Position numbers and translations under genes: made by a program. Under the pieces are notes generated by a model that searched no databases, was not told where the DNA came from, and saw only the letters and a program-made list of their open reading frames with translations. Below, in pieces: positions 38,434-51,175 of a stretch of DNA of 64,000 nt. Position 1 is the first letter of the stretch; every line of letters starts with the position of its first letter. The stretch is from Lama guanicoe (Eukaryota), in assembly GCA_013239625.1 (NCBI GenBank), contig MU054925.1:12280018-12344017 (forward strand), in the 5' to 3' direction.

Positions 38434-39992
38434 TTCAGAACTTGAACTTCCAGCCGAAACAAGCAGTGGCAGAGGTTTACTTATGCATCGTAACCTGCTT
38501 CCCTTCAGAGAAGCAGGCAGTGTTCGGCCTCACATGGGGGCATTTGAGCCACCAGGAGAGCCAGTGTCGGGAGGAGGGAGAGAGGTTCCCGGTGGCCAGG
38601 ACCTCTGGGTACCAGGCACTCTGTCAGGTAGGATGAATCCAAGGGCAACTCCTGCCTCTGCACCTTATTATTAGCTGTGTGAAATGGGACAAGTCACTTT
38701 TTCTCTCTGAGCCTCATGTGACAGTCTCTGTCTCATGGACTTTATGGATTATACGAGAAAACACAGGTACGGCTGCCAAGCACAGAGCAGGTTCTTTAAA
38801 AATGCTAATCAAGTCTGAGGGCAAATGTAGCATCAGTCAGGACAGTGAGGCATGATCCAAAGCCCTCCGGCTGGAGGGGCCATCAGCGCCCACGGATCAG
38901 TCCCCACCCCGGGCTGCACTCCTCCCCAGCTGCACGGCCTTCAGACTCCCTGACAGCCAGGGCACATTTTCCTGCTGCCTCGTTTATTCCTCCTGCTCCC
39001 CCTGACACCAATGCAAGCTGGAGCCCTGCTGGGGTGTCTTCGAGGTCACCGGGGGACAGGCCCAGATGGATGTCAGAGCGGGCTGCTGTAGTGAATTATT
39101 TAGCACCCCTTCTCCGAGGGAGCAGCTCCTGACTCATCAGGCAGGGGCACATTCCTCTTCCCTTAAATGGCACACGCGGAGCCTTGCTGGGGGCTGAGGC
39201 TGGCAGAGTCTTCACTGCTCAGCTCATCACAGCTGGGGCAGCTGTAGAAGGAAGGGCTGTTAGGAGCCTAGCCAAAAACAAGATGCACAGAAGGGGTTCA
39301 GCCGGCTGCAGTCAGGGGTGCCACGTTACTGGCAACCAGAAACACCAAGAATGAAAGGTTAGAGTCTGCTCGTGACCAGATGCATCCTGAGAAGATGGGG
39401 TGCTGCTTGGAGGGACCCCTTGGCAGAGCCAAGTCAGAGCCACCAGGGGCTACCTGCAGACAGTCCAAAGGCTTTGGGAAATCTCTTAAGGTGACTGCTC
39501 TCAGGAGTACCTCGCCATAAGGACGTAAGTAGAGAGATGTATAAGCCAGATTTATAGGTCATACTTACTACGTTCACAACATCTCATTTTACCCTCATGA
39601 CAATCCTTCAAGGTTACATCAATCGTTCTTTATCACAGGCAAACAAACTGAGGCTTGGAGGAATCAAAATAGCTACTAGCGTTCATCTAACTTCTGAATC
39701 TGCTTCCTCTTTTTTTTCCCCCTCCAATTCATTGCTGTTCTTTAAATTTCCATTTGGCCAGTGGAATCCATTCTTCCAACTCCATCCATCCCAGGTTTGG
39801 GCTGATCTGCATGTTAAGGCGCACTAGGTTTGGCCAGTTATGGGGACGACACTGACCCTCCAGGAGACTAACCAGGTCAAGGAGAGCAGCTGGAAGAACA
39901 AGGTGCCCCAGGACTAATGGCCACGTTCCTGCCCTTGTTGAGAACGCAGACTCGGCCAGCGACAGCCCCTCTTCATGGGGACGCGGGAAATA

Positions 39993-40516
39993 CAGGTACA
40001 GCTTGGCAATACTGCATGTTCACTTTGAGACTGCAGCAACAAAGTAAAGATCGCCATAAAGCCAGTCAATGAACTTTTTGGTTTCCCAGTGCCTATAAAT
40101 GTTATGTTTACACTACACTGTAGTCTACTAAGTGTGCAAATAGCATTATGTCTGAAAAAAAAAAACACCAATGTATATATCCTTATTAAAAAATACTTAC
40201 TGCCAAAAAACACTAACCACCGCCTGCGCATTCAGCGAAGGTGTAATCTCTTTGCAATGGTAATAATGTCAAAGATCAGTGATCACAGCTCACCCTAACG
40301 AACATAATCATAATGCAAAAGTTTGAAATATTGTGAAAACTACCAAAAGGTGACGCAGAAACATGAAGTGAGCACATGTTGTTGGAAAAAAATGGCGCCC
40401 ACAGACTCGCTCCAGGCAGGGTTGCCACAAATCTTCAATTTATAAAAAAACAACAAAAACAATAACACTGTACCCGCAAAGCCCAACAAAGCGAAGCGCA
40501 ATAAAATGAGGTACTG
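39993..40516 (-). mobile_element. Tigger1 internal-deletion derivative (TcMar MITE, Tigger1a_Art-like)
   Basis: Both Tigger1 ends: TA|caggtac..tttggtttcccagtgc.tataa..ctgtagtcta and gcagggttgccacaaa..aaagcgaagcgcaataaaatgaggta. Confidence 0.88.
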
Positions 40517-40774
40517 AGCACTTTCCATGCTGTTAGAGCCATTTACAGGCTAATGAAGTGGGGCCTGGATGCTCTTCGAAGTGAGGAAACGTAGCAACTC
40601 TGCTGGACTCTAAGGATGGAGAGAATGCTTCCCGTCCCTGTGGGGGCCAGGCAGGGCCTCAGTGCGTCCGGCCCCGGGGTTCTACAGCATCCCTTCCTCT
40701 CCCTTGGCCAATCCAGTCACCTGCCTGATGGAGCGAGTGCGTGTGCTCCAGCCTCCCCCACAGCACGGCGTGTC

Positions 40775-40958
40775 TGAGCTCTTGGGTGTCCAGTGCGACC
40801 CTGGACCAGTGGCATCTGCTCCCCCAGGGAATCTGTTGACCAGGCAGAGTCCCAGGCCCCACCCAGACATACTGAATCTGGAGGAGGAGCCTGGTCACCG
40901 CAGTTTGCACAAGACCCCCAGGGGATTCTGCACACAGGCTTAAGTTTGAGACCCAGCG
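40775..40958. mobile_element. MER5A
   Basis: cctggaccagtggcatc..caggccccacccagacatactgaatc..aagtttgagacc. Confidence 0.8.
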
Positions 40959-41123
40959 GCCTAAGTGGTCACCGGGAACTTCTGTTGAGAGCCAAAACAG
41001 AGGGAGAAGGGGTGAGCAAGGGCAGAGAGACAGGAGGGGCCTCTGAGGGGCCCACGATGGCAGGCTGGAGGCCTGGAGGTGGAATTAATTCCGCCCACCT
41101 AAGCATCTTATTGGGCCCACAGC

Positions 41124-41337
41124 AGAGGTCAGGAAACTTGATAAAGGGCCAAGCAGTAGATGTGGCAGGCTCTGATGGCCACGTGGTCTCCGTCTCTGTC
41201 ACAGCTCTTCATCTCTGCTGCTCAAGCCTCATAGCTAACAACCGATAAGCAGATGGGCGTGGCTACATCCCCAAAAAACTTTAGCAAAATAGGGGCTGGG
41301 CCAGATTCAGCCTGCCGGTCCTGGTTTGCCAACTCTA
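41124..41337. mobile_element. MER58A
   Basis: cagaggtcaggaaact..taaagggcca..atgggcgtggct..gggccagatt..gtttgccaac. Confidence 0.8.
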
Positions 41338-42707
41338 CATCCGCATCACAGTGTCTCTTAGGAAAAATAAAAACAAAACAAAAAAAAGCTCTCTCTCAGA
41401 TCTGGCCACTCTGAACTCAAGTTCCCAAGAGCAGCGATCAGCTGGAGCTGAATGGGGCAGCCCTCTTCCCTGGGGACCCGGCCTCTGGTTTTCCACAGTC
41501 CCTGCGATTCTCTCCTAAACACCAGGGCAGAAAGTCAGTTCCCATTTGTCAGCCTGCTCCCTGTCTCCTGTATCTACTTACACAGAAATAAATGTGCATC
41601 TGTACATGTACATGTGTACGTACGTGTGTGTGTGTACTTTAACACCCACCAGCTTTCGGGACTTTATATTATATATCCCATCCCCACACTGACCCAAATA
41701 AATAAATAATATGCACATGACGATAATGACCTTTTCTTAAAGCAGGAAAAGGGCATATTTAATGTCACCTTCTCAGCAGTCTACCTGGAACCCTGCATTT
41801 TCACTGAAGTGACATGAACCCAGTACAGCAGTTCTCCAATGACACATTTTTCTCAGGGGCCTTTCCACCAAGGGAATTCCTCCACCTGACCGCCCTCCCT
41901 CCTTCTTTAACTTGTACCCTTTTCCCCACCCTGCCTGTTCCAGAAAAGGCCTCTTGAAAGAAAACTACATACATCCTCAACTTATCTGAGCAGAATGTTT
42001 GCACAGACAATCACAGAGATTTTTTTTTGATTGCTTACACAAGTTAATTTTCCATTTACATTGTGGAGCAACAATTTATTCTACAATAAAACTAACCAAC
42101 CCTGAGAGTCCACTTCAACTGATGCCTTGGCCAGGGGCCAAGATTCCTGGATTTTTTTTTTTTTGCTTCCACAGACCTGCCTCCTGCATTCGCTCGGGGC
42201 CACCCCCACTTTATAGCTGCTTCTCCTTGGGTGCGTTTCACCTACTCCATCTCCTGTATGTTTATGACCCTGAACACCAGTCCACGAATGAGTCTGTGGG
42301 TCCTGCCAGCATTAACAGTGGAGCCAAGAGCACACCTGGCCCTCTGTAAGAGCACAGGCTGACTGAGATGTTTATAAAAGGAAGGGACAATGATGAGAGA
42401 TGGTCAGAAGTCAGAATCGGGCACCTTACTGTGTCCCAGTCATCCCAAGACAGGGAATGACCATCCCCATTTGAGGGATGAGAAACATGAGGTCATGCCA
42501 ACGATGACCCTAAAGAAAGAAAGTGACAGAACAGGGGTTGGAACTTAGGTCTGTCTTGTACCAACACCAGTGACTCTTAAATACAGAGATGTACTGATAT
42601 CTACTCGTGTACACAACTCTAGAAACAGGGTACTATCCCTCGAGGACAGGCACTTTTGATTTATCTTCTGTGGTTGGCGGTAAAGAAGAATTTCTAGGCT
42701 GGGCTTA

Positions 42708-42920
42708 AAGAGGATTTCTTGACTTTGGCAACATGGACAATTTGTGCCAAATAATTCCTGGCTGTGAGGGTCTATGCCCCGTACTGTATGGTGCTTTTTA
42801 GCTTCCCTGACTTCTATCCACCAGATGCTGGTAGCCCTCCTCTTCCCTGCTGCGGTAAGTAAAAATGTCTTCAGATATTGCCGTATGTCCCCCGGTGCCC
42901 CTGCCGGGGACCAGTGGTCC
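42708..42920. mobile_element. MER20
   Basis: ggacaatttg..ataattc..ccaccagatgctggtagc..aaaaatgtcttcagatattgcc. Confidence 0.8.
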
Positions 42921-42984
42921 AGAAATCCTACAAATCCTACCTTGCAACAAGTGATGACTGCCTCTTTGGCAGCTATGGAAGGCG

Positions 42985-43205
42985 GAGGTTAAGAACACAA
43001 ATTCTGGTATCAAATATGCCCGAGTCAGAATCTCAGCTCCGCCACCTACTAGGTTTGTGGACGAAGAATTATCCCACCTCTGTGAGCCCCTCTGTGTAAA
43101 ATGGGGACAGATAAGATTCTTCTGTGGACTCAAGGAGAAAATGCAGGTGAAGCCCTTAGCACAGTGCCTGAGAGTAAGAGCACAATGATGTCCGCTGTTA
43201 TTTTT
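42985..43205 (+). mobile_element. MIR
   Basis: ggttaagaacaca..tgtaaaatgggga..cttagcacagtgcctg. Confidence 0.75.
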
Positions 43206-43351
43206 ATGATTAAGAAAAACAGATGTGGGTAGGTGTCAAATTTTATCAGCTCATCTAACAGATGTGTAAACTGAGGCTCTGAAATAGGAGGGATTAATTA
43301 TGATTAGGACCTAGTCCACTTCAAGAAATACACATTTTTGGTCTTTGGACC

Positions 43352-44000
43352 TGTTGGGCTGTACCCCACAGTTCTCCAAGTCTGAAAAAAGAGCCCAGAG
43401 TCAAGGACAGAGACATCAATAGTTTAATGGATAGGGTGAGCTTATATGTCTGAAACAAGGTCCTGGAACAACAGCCCATGATGGCAGACAGCAGACAGGA
43501 CGTGGCAGTGGTCTTCGCCACAGGGGAGCGTGGCAGAAGAGGGCAGAGGGAGGTTACCATTTGGCTCATCAGTTACCAAGGAAACCAGCTGAGAGGCAGG
43601 TCACTCAGAGCCCCTCCGGATAACAACTTCCATGGGGCAGATGTCTTCCCTTTGATAAACTATCATAGTGGGGTTTAATCTTTTTTGGGGGGTAGGGGGA
43701 TATAATTAGGCTTTTATTTATTTACCTATTTTTTAATTTTTTAATGTAGGTACTGGGAATTGAACCCAGGATCTCGTGCATGCCAAGCACACGCTCTACC
43801 ATTGAGCTACACCCTCCCCCTGATCTTTCTGATCTAAAGATTAATCGCTAGCTGGCACTGGGGCAAGCATGTATTAGGCTCGCTGATTAAGAGGTAAGCT
43901 TAGTCAGGTGAATAGGATGTAGGCGACGCAGCGACTGGTCCAGCAGGGGATGTGCGGAGAGCAAGAGAACAGCCATCTTGGATGGCCTGACCATACAACA
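43352..44000 (-). mobile_element. Probable solo ERV LTR (~500 bp excluding the nested SINE); family unknown
   Basis: TGTTG...CAACA termini. On the minus strand: AAGATGGC near the 5' end, TATAAG (within 43441-43448), ATTAAA (43428-43423) and a U5-like tail. TSD not clear. Confidence 0.6.
43681..43820 (-). mobile_element. Camelid tRNA-Ala-derived SINE (Vic-1-like), full length
   Basis: Minus strand ggggagggtgtagctcaatggtagagcgtgtgcttggcatgcacgagatcctgggttcaattcccagtacct, then A-rich/aataaa..cctaatta..ccccc tail. TSD t(a/g)atcttt at 43676-43683 and 43821-43828. Confidence 0.92.
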
Positions 44001-44723
44001 CCCAATGCCTGTAATCACCTCCGCCCCATAAAATTCTATCTTTGAGCCTCCTAGTATGTTATTTCTATACTACGCCTGCTCTTTCATCTTATAATTGTTA
44101 GTATTCCAATTTGTGGCAGCCAAATGATGCAATGGGACAAGCGAAGTCTTTAAGTCTACCTACCATACAAGTGATGAAGCAGTCCATCAAAGACAAAAGA
44201 AAAATAGTTAGGAGAAAAAGAAGTGCCACCTTGCGTGAAACCACAGCAGTGGCTCAAAGAGACCCTTCCAACATTTGGGAATATTTCGGTGAAATCAACC
44301 CTAGTCATGGAGTACTTCATGTTGTTTGATTTTGCTCAGTGAAGATGTTTGTTCTACCACTCGATAACCACAGCTAGAAACCACGGGATCTCAGCTCAAG
44401 TGGAAAAACACCATCTTGATATGCTCCAATTTGTATACTTATTTGTTCTTTTTCCTCGTAAGGGAAGTTATGAGATGAGTCAGCAGGAAGAGGGAGTCAT
44501 GTAGTAAGTGAGGCAGTAATTAGTCTCTCACGTGAAAATGTTGGGAAGAATTACCTAGTCATATTTAGAAGGGAGCTCTCTCTGGCTGAGGTGAACATTT
44601 CATTACCCTGGATTTAGTGGACACATGCTGGACATTTTGATGTTGGCCACTGGGTGACAACAATGAAAGAAAAAAGTGATAAGCCTAGAGGATAAAAAAT
44701 TAATGAATGGCTGGTGGGCTGGG

Positions 44724-44726
<3 letters not shown>

Positions 44727-44771
<45 letters not shown>

Positions 44772-44804
44772 CAGAGAGAGAGAGAAAGAGAGAGAGACAG
44801 AGAG
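44727..44804 (+). repeat. Compound microsatellite (TG)19 followed by imperfect (AG)n
   Basis: Read directly. Confidence 0.95.
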
Positions 44805-47800
44805 AATGGGTATATCCATACATGCCTTCAACAAACCACTATTTAGCATGATCTGAGCCTCATTTGCTCACCAGGATTACAGGAAGAATAAAGCAGTCCT
44901 TGACTCAAAAAAATCACAACTTGATACACAGATATAGGAAACAGAAAGACTGCATTGCATACATAATACACATATATGACTACACTGAGGTTGCCCATAG
45001 ACAAACGGTTCTCAACCAAAGGGTCGTGGCATATAACAGTATACCCTGAATTCTTCCAAACTGGGTTGTCCGATTTTGATCAATGACTCTAAATTATTTT
45101 TGTAATCAAGTAAGTATACTACAACATCGACATCGAGCCTAAAGAATGTGGAATTAAGTCATTTAGCCATTTAGCATCAATGGGGTGAATTATTAATCAT
45201 CAGGGGTAAGAAGCATAGGGAAATTTCAAGCCAATTTTCCTGAAAGAAAAATTGTGTGTTCACTGGACAGATGACATTAGAAACTTTTTTTCCAGTTTTC
45301 CAAAGCTCGCTTAAAAAAAAAAAAAGTTCAATTTTAATCCCCTAAAATGTCCTGCCAAAAATTCTAGTATTTTCAAGTGTTTCGTAACAAAAAGGATTAA
45401 ATGAGTAGACGAGGAAGAACAGGAAAGCCGCCTCTCGGGGTATACCCGGTTTCTCAAACTGGGGAAAACTGGGAAATAATGGATTAGAAATCTTTGCAGT
45501 CAAAGCTGTCTAAGTGCTAGTGGCCCTCACCTCCATCTTTCCACTTTTAAATCGTGCACTCAAAATACCCCGAGCTCATGTTGCACATGTGGATGTAAAT
45601 ACATGATTCTATTTGGAATCAGAGTCCACACTCATAACAACAGAAGATCTTAAAGAAAGGTGAGGACCTTGAAGGGGGGGATATGTGTTCAGGTAGAGTG
45701 TAGGAGGATGCACTGAGCACTTCTGGCATTTTCAACTAGGTAGCTCTAACTGTTTCTCCAACGAGGCCAAGCATTTAAATCGAGAAAGCCATGGGGGAAG
45801 ATTTCTCTTTTGGTTTCAACGATGATTTCTGAAAAGTTGCAAATTCACTGTAACTGACAGCTGAGCATTCTCCAGCTGAAGATTCTATCGTCTGAAACCG
45901 AGACGTGGCCTCAGAGCTCTCAGGTACAGAAGAAAACAAAGTGAAAGGTCCAGGTATCTGAATAACCGTGTGTTCTCAACTTGCCCATAACTCCGGGATT
46001 TGTGCAAAGTGATAATTCCCTTTTAAGTGATAGTTCACTTGGACTTTTCCTATTGATTTTGGGTTCTCCTGAATATCTCTCAAGAACAAAATCCCTCCTG
46101 TGATCTGGGGATCCCACTTTGAGGACCCCTGAATTGGACACTTAAACACGAGAGGTAAAGGCATTCCTAGAGAGTTCAGTCCAGTTCACAGCCAGGGCTC
46201 TCATTCTCCCATGCTAAGCCCAGCCTTCATTTCAATCAAGTTCCCGGTAGGAAGAGCCTTCATAAAGTTCTCAGGTTTCCCTGCCCCTTAATACACGGAG
46301 GCATCCCAGAGAAGGAGGGGGCAACATCTATCCACGTGGTTCATCCCAGGGCTCATCGATACATATTCACAGGAAGGTCTTCATGGCTCATTTAAAAAAA
46401 AGACCCAAAAAACAAAAATTCATATATTTGAGATCATATATTTGAACATCTCATTTTGTATATGAAAACCCTGACCCTAAAACAGGCCATGTGACTTGTC
46501 TAAAGCCACAGTGCTAGCCAGCAGTCACTGGCAGGGCGGCATTGAGAATCTGGGAATCCCGATTGGTCAGTTTCCAGTACAGAATCCTTCTCTGGCAGGC
46601 CAGGCTCTCTGATCACATGATATATTGTAATTATTTAGATCATATTTTTTTTTCTCATTTGAACAGAAAGCTCCTCAAAGATATAAAATTAAAATACAGT
46701 TTAATAATCGCAGCTATTACTATGCATGCATATTAATGTGCCTAAGATATAAGTGAGTTTTTTCTTTCTTTTTGAAACAGCATCATACTATTTATACCAC
46801 CTTGCCATTTATTTATAGGCTACAGATTACCTGTAAGCATCCTGATTTAAAAAGAGTAACTAATGCTCTAAAATGACTATTATCCTCAGGGAATAAAGAC
46901 ATCCTATTCTATAATCTTTTTGTCTTGCATCATATATAACCTGCTGTATCTTACTGATTCAGGCTTTAATTGTAGGTGGATCATTTTGGTTCCACTGTTT
47001 AGCTGTGCAAAACTTTGCAGCAATTAGAAGCAAGGCACGAAGTTCTTTCCCTTTACTTACTAAGACATCATTTCAAAAGAAAGAGTGTACAGACTGAATT
47101 ACTGTAGGTCCTAATTGAAAGTAACCGAGGCCATGACCATGACACAGGAGAAAAGGAACTATCTTCCCCATCAAGTTTCTTTAGCGACGTGTTGAGCTAG
47201 AAAGACTTCATATGAGATAGGACTTCTGGTGTGGGGTACCACTGAGCTGACAACTCAAATCGATTCTTAATGAAGAAAATTAATTTAATTAGCACTTAGA
47301 GCATGGAATTTCATTTTCTAACGGGCCTCAAACACAAGTAGCCGAGGAAAACCATCTGGAGATCAAAGTGACTTTGGGTCTGGAATGGTTTTTCACTGGC
47401 CAGTCACCGATGGAGAAAGCAGCTATTCATTCCTTTGTTGGGTCAAGAAAACTGACAGTCTGCACATCCCAATCTGTAAAACTTGAACAGCCAACCATCA
47501 TCTACCAACCTTACGTAACTGAAACTTTACTCACTGAAATTTCTTTTGCAACAGAAAGCAGAACACATAATACTTTTTTTTTAAAGGCAGCCCACCATCT
47601 TACCAGATGAAAATTAAAATTCACATTAGAAAGAATTCACTTAACATCAGTTAATCTTCATGAATCACTCCCACTAACATCTTGCTAATGATCTGTCTTG
47701 GCAGAACACGGTTTCATCTAACTCCTCTCCCATCTTCCTTCTTCATTTCAAGGAAAGCATTTAATAATGGGCAAATGGCAAATCATAGGGCAAAAGAGAA

Positions 47801-49271
47801 AAAAAAAAAAAACCTTGCCAGTCAACTCCAAAGGGAAATTGCCTTTCTTCTCCAATAAGTTTCCAATCAAAAAGGACCAGTAAGATGTTAATTAACGTGC
47901 AGCCATCATGGGGATATGGGGACGCCCACACATTCGGTAAACTGCAGGCTAATAATTAAAGTCCGCCGCCACATAAAGAGCAAAAGGTCAACCTCTCTCA
48001 CTGTCAGGCAGGTGGTGACTTGAACCACAGATCAATCACAATTCACATCAAAGGAGTGAGAGGTGAAGCCAAGGAGACAAATCCAGCTGGAAAACCTTGT
48101 TCCTTCACTTGGGTAATGTATCACCTCTTAAAACAAAACAAAACAAAACATTACCCCCTCCCACTATTCCATGTTGCAAAATGTGGCAAACCTTTTATCC
48201 TGATGGACTCTCTTAGGAAAGAGAATCAAAGTAGTAACAGGAGACTCCATAGATACCATGATAACACACTACCCTGGCTAGAGCAACTGAACTTAAGTGA
48301 TGCTGAGAAATAAATGAGTGGAGAATTTAACTCTTCAGGGAAATTCTTTTTTGATTTCTTACTCAAAGCAGTCATCTTAGGCTATGATTAAAAGTAAATT
48401 CCTCTGATTTACAAATACATTAAATTTCTCCTCAATATGATTTACTACCTTTAAAACGCTGACAGTCTTTTCCCTTTCTATAAAGTAATACGAAAACATT
48501 AATAATGCAGGAAAAAAAAATCTAAACAGCAGCTGCATTATTTGGAGTCCTGGTCCTGTCAAATGGAGGCTCAGTGAAAAAGATGATAACTTGCCAACAA
48601 ACCACACAACTAACCTTTCCTTACTGCACAGCTCAACCCCCAACTGGAGGCAAGTTACACAGTAAACGCCTTGAAGACCACACGGCCCTTTTCCTTGAAC
48701 CCTACAGCTTATCCATCCTGTTCCACTCCCAGAACAGTCTGTTGTCCAGGTCTGAATCCCCCTGACCCTCTCGGGGGCTGCTTTTCTACCTGCAGTCTTG
48801 TACTAAGCATATTCCTACCACCCAAACTGTTAACGGATGCTCCCTGAAGGCCGAGACCGTTTCGTGGACGCTGACGGCAGCTAGGCACTGTGCACACGAG
48901 AGGCTCTCCACTAGAATGAACGACTCGTGGGGTTTATCAGCTTATGAACTGTGTTCACATGGAGCTCTGAATCCCACCTTCCCAGCCCCTGGGTGACCTG
49001 GGGCTTTTCCTCATCTATTTTCTGAAAACAGAAACTTAATGATTTGTTCAAGGTGTGAAAACATCTAAGGAGCCAAGGCAGACTTGCAACCGAGATTTCA
49101 AATTCTAGGGTTCGATTCTGCTTCCCCTCCTTTGCCACCAAAGCAAACCCTGCTTTCACCTCTTACCCACGGTGTCACCAATCAGCAGGTATTATGGACG
49201 GCCGTGAGAGCCAGACGGTTACTGGGTCTGCATCACAACTGTCCTTATGGACCTATAATCTCACGGGGCTA

Positions 49272-49473
49272 TACTGGGTTTGTCAACTATTGATATTCGG
49301 GGCTGGATAATTCTTCGGTGTGGGAGGCTGTCCTGTGTCCTGTAGGGTATTTGGCAGTGTCCCTGGCCTCCACCCACTAGTGCCAGTGGCATCCCCTCCT
49401 CCAAATTGTTAAATTCAAAATAGTGTCAAGACTTTGACTAGTGCCCCCTGAGTGAGAAGACTGAGAATCACTG
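49272..49473. mobile_element. MER20
   Basis: actattgatattcggggctggataattctt..ctgtcctgtg..tccctggcctccacccactag..tgagaatcactg. Confidence 0.85.
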
Positions 49474-49484
49474 GGCTATTTATA

Positions 49485-49935
49485 GAGAAGCCATGTTTAC
49501 CTTGCCTGTAGGGGGCACGTGACCCTGACTGACCAACCACAGCGCCCCGCACTGCCCACTCCCGCCCTTGATAGGTCCAGGAGTGTGTACGTCAAAGCAA
49601 GGGCCAATCAATACTACGGGTTTGGCAGGGAGGGTACTGATGCAAACACCGGAAGAACGGGAAACCTTCACTCCTGAGGTAACTGCACTCTGGGTCTGGA
49701 GCTGCTAACGGTCATCTCTGGCGGCGGGTAGAAGGAAATGAAGCCAATGCACAGGAGTGCAGACGTGAGAGAAGAGAGAGCCACCACGATGCAGTGTAAG
49801 AATATTCATCCACAGCGCCTGCAACAAGCCCCACCCCTCAGAATTCCCAGTTCCACCAGCCAATAAATTCCTTCTTGGTTTGTACTGGTTTGACCTGAGA
49901 TTGAGAACTTTGCAACCCAGAGAGTCCTGATTTAC
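49485..49935 (+). mobile_element. Old MaLR/ERVL LTR (MLT1J/K or LTR16-like)
   Basis: ggcacgtgacc..ggccaatca..gaaatgaagccaa..agccaataaattccttctt..ttgcaacccagagagtcctga. Confidence 0.6.
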
Positions 49936-50736
49936 CGTGTGGGTGAGGTCCAACAAGGGCTCCCCCCGTAGCACAGAGTGAAAACCCACATCCTCTTCCA
50001 GGTCAGCAAGGTCTTACCTGCCCGGCATCTCCCCCTTCCCTGCTCACCCACCCTTGCTCCGGCCCCCCAGGGTCTCCTCCTCGATGCTCCTCGACACACG
50101 AGGTGCACTCTGTGTGCTGGTCCCTCTGCCTGGGACACCCCCAGTACCAGCACACCTCACTTCCTCCAAGTCTGTATTCAGTACTCCTCTAGTGCGAACC
50201 AAACAGCTGTAAGATCTCCCTTAACATTTCAGTCAAGAGACGGAGTCCATTTTGCACACAAGGCAGAGAAGTACCACGAGTGTCAGAGACGGGGACGTGC
50301 TCACAGCTGGCTGTCAGTTTCCCACTGCTGCTCAGCCCCAGTGGTGGGTCTGAAGTTTCCCATTTCTGAGTCTGCGTCTGGGCCCCTTCACCCAGACTGG
50401 GTTTTCCTTTGCTGCACAGCAACCCAGTTACATTTGCTCATTTTAACCAATGACATTTCATATCTTGAATTCTAGTTTGTCCAATACTCCACAAATATTT
50501 ACTAAGCTCCTAATACATGCCAGCCTCTGTTCTAGGTTTTGGGGACACATCACTGAGCATGGCAGACGTATTCCTCTGCCCTGCTGTACTGTCTACGGAT
50601 GGGGGGGGGGGTCTCTCGCCACTTTGCACACAGACATGACTTATTGCCTATCTGGTCAGACCTTTCTATGTGTGAACTCACATTTTAATGGAACACACTG
50701 GAGACATTCTAGCAAAGTGTTTAAGAATGCATTTGA

Positions 50737-51175
50737 TGAAATAAGGCCATTACATGGATGGACCTAGAGATTATCATACTAAGTGAAGTGAAGTCAGACA
50801 GAGAAAGACAAATACCATATGATATCACTTATGTGTGGAATCTAAAATATGACACAAATGAACATATTTATGAAACAGAAACAGACTCGCAGACATAGAA
50901 AACAAACTTATGGTTACCAAAGGGGAGAGGAGGTGGGGAGGGATAAATTAGGAGTTTAAGACTAGCAGATACTAACTACTATATATAAAACAGATAAACA
51001 ACAAGGTCCTACCATAGAGCACAGGGAACTATACTCAGTATCTTGTAATAAAGCATAATGGAAAAGAATATGAAAAGGAATATATATATACACACACATA
51101 TGTATAACTGTCATTATGCTGTACACCAGAGACTAACGCAGTATTGGAAATCAACTATACTTTAATTTAAAAAAA
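50737..51175 (+). mobile_element. Cetartiodactyl-type L1 3' end, 5'-truncated, with TSD
   Basis: atggatggacctagagattatcatactaagtgaagt..agcacagggaactata..aaatcaactatact. TSD aagaa(t/a)gcatttga at 50723-50736 and 51176-51189, TT|AAGA target. Confidence 0.93.

Noticed and set aside
38139-38674. ORFs with poly-Lys/poly-Phe, and the A32 run as a retrocopy tail
   Set aside because: Translation of a homopolymer; no convincing TSD or upstream AATAAA.
43745-43820. tRNA-Ala gene
   Set aside because: SINE head with tail and TSD; stem mismatches.
45520-45580. Second TGG AG|GTGAGG candidate for the upstream coding exon
   Set aside because: In-frame TGA a few codons upstream; no motif match.
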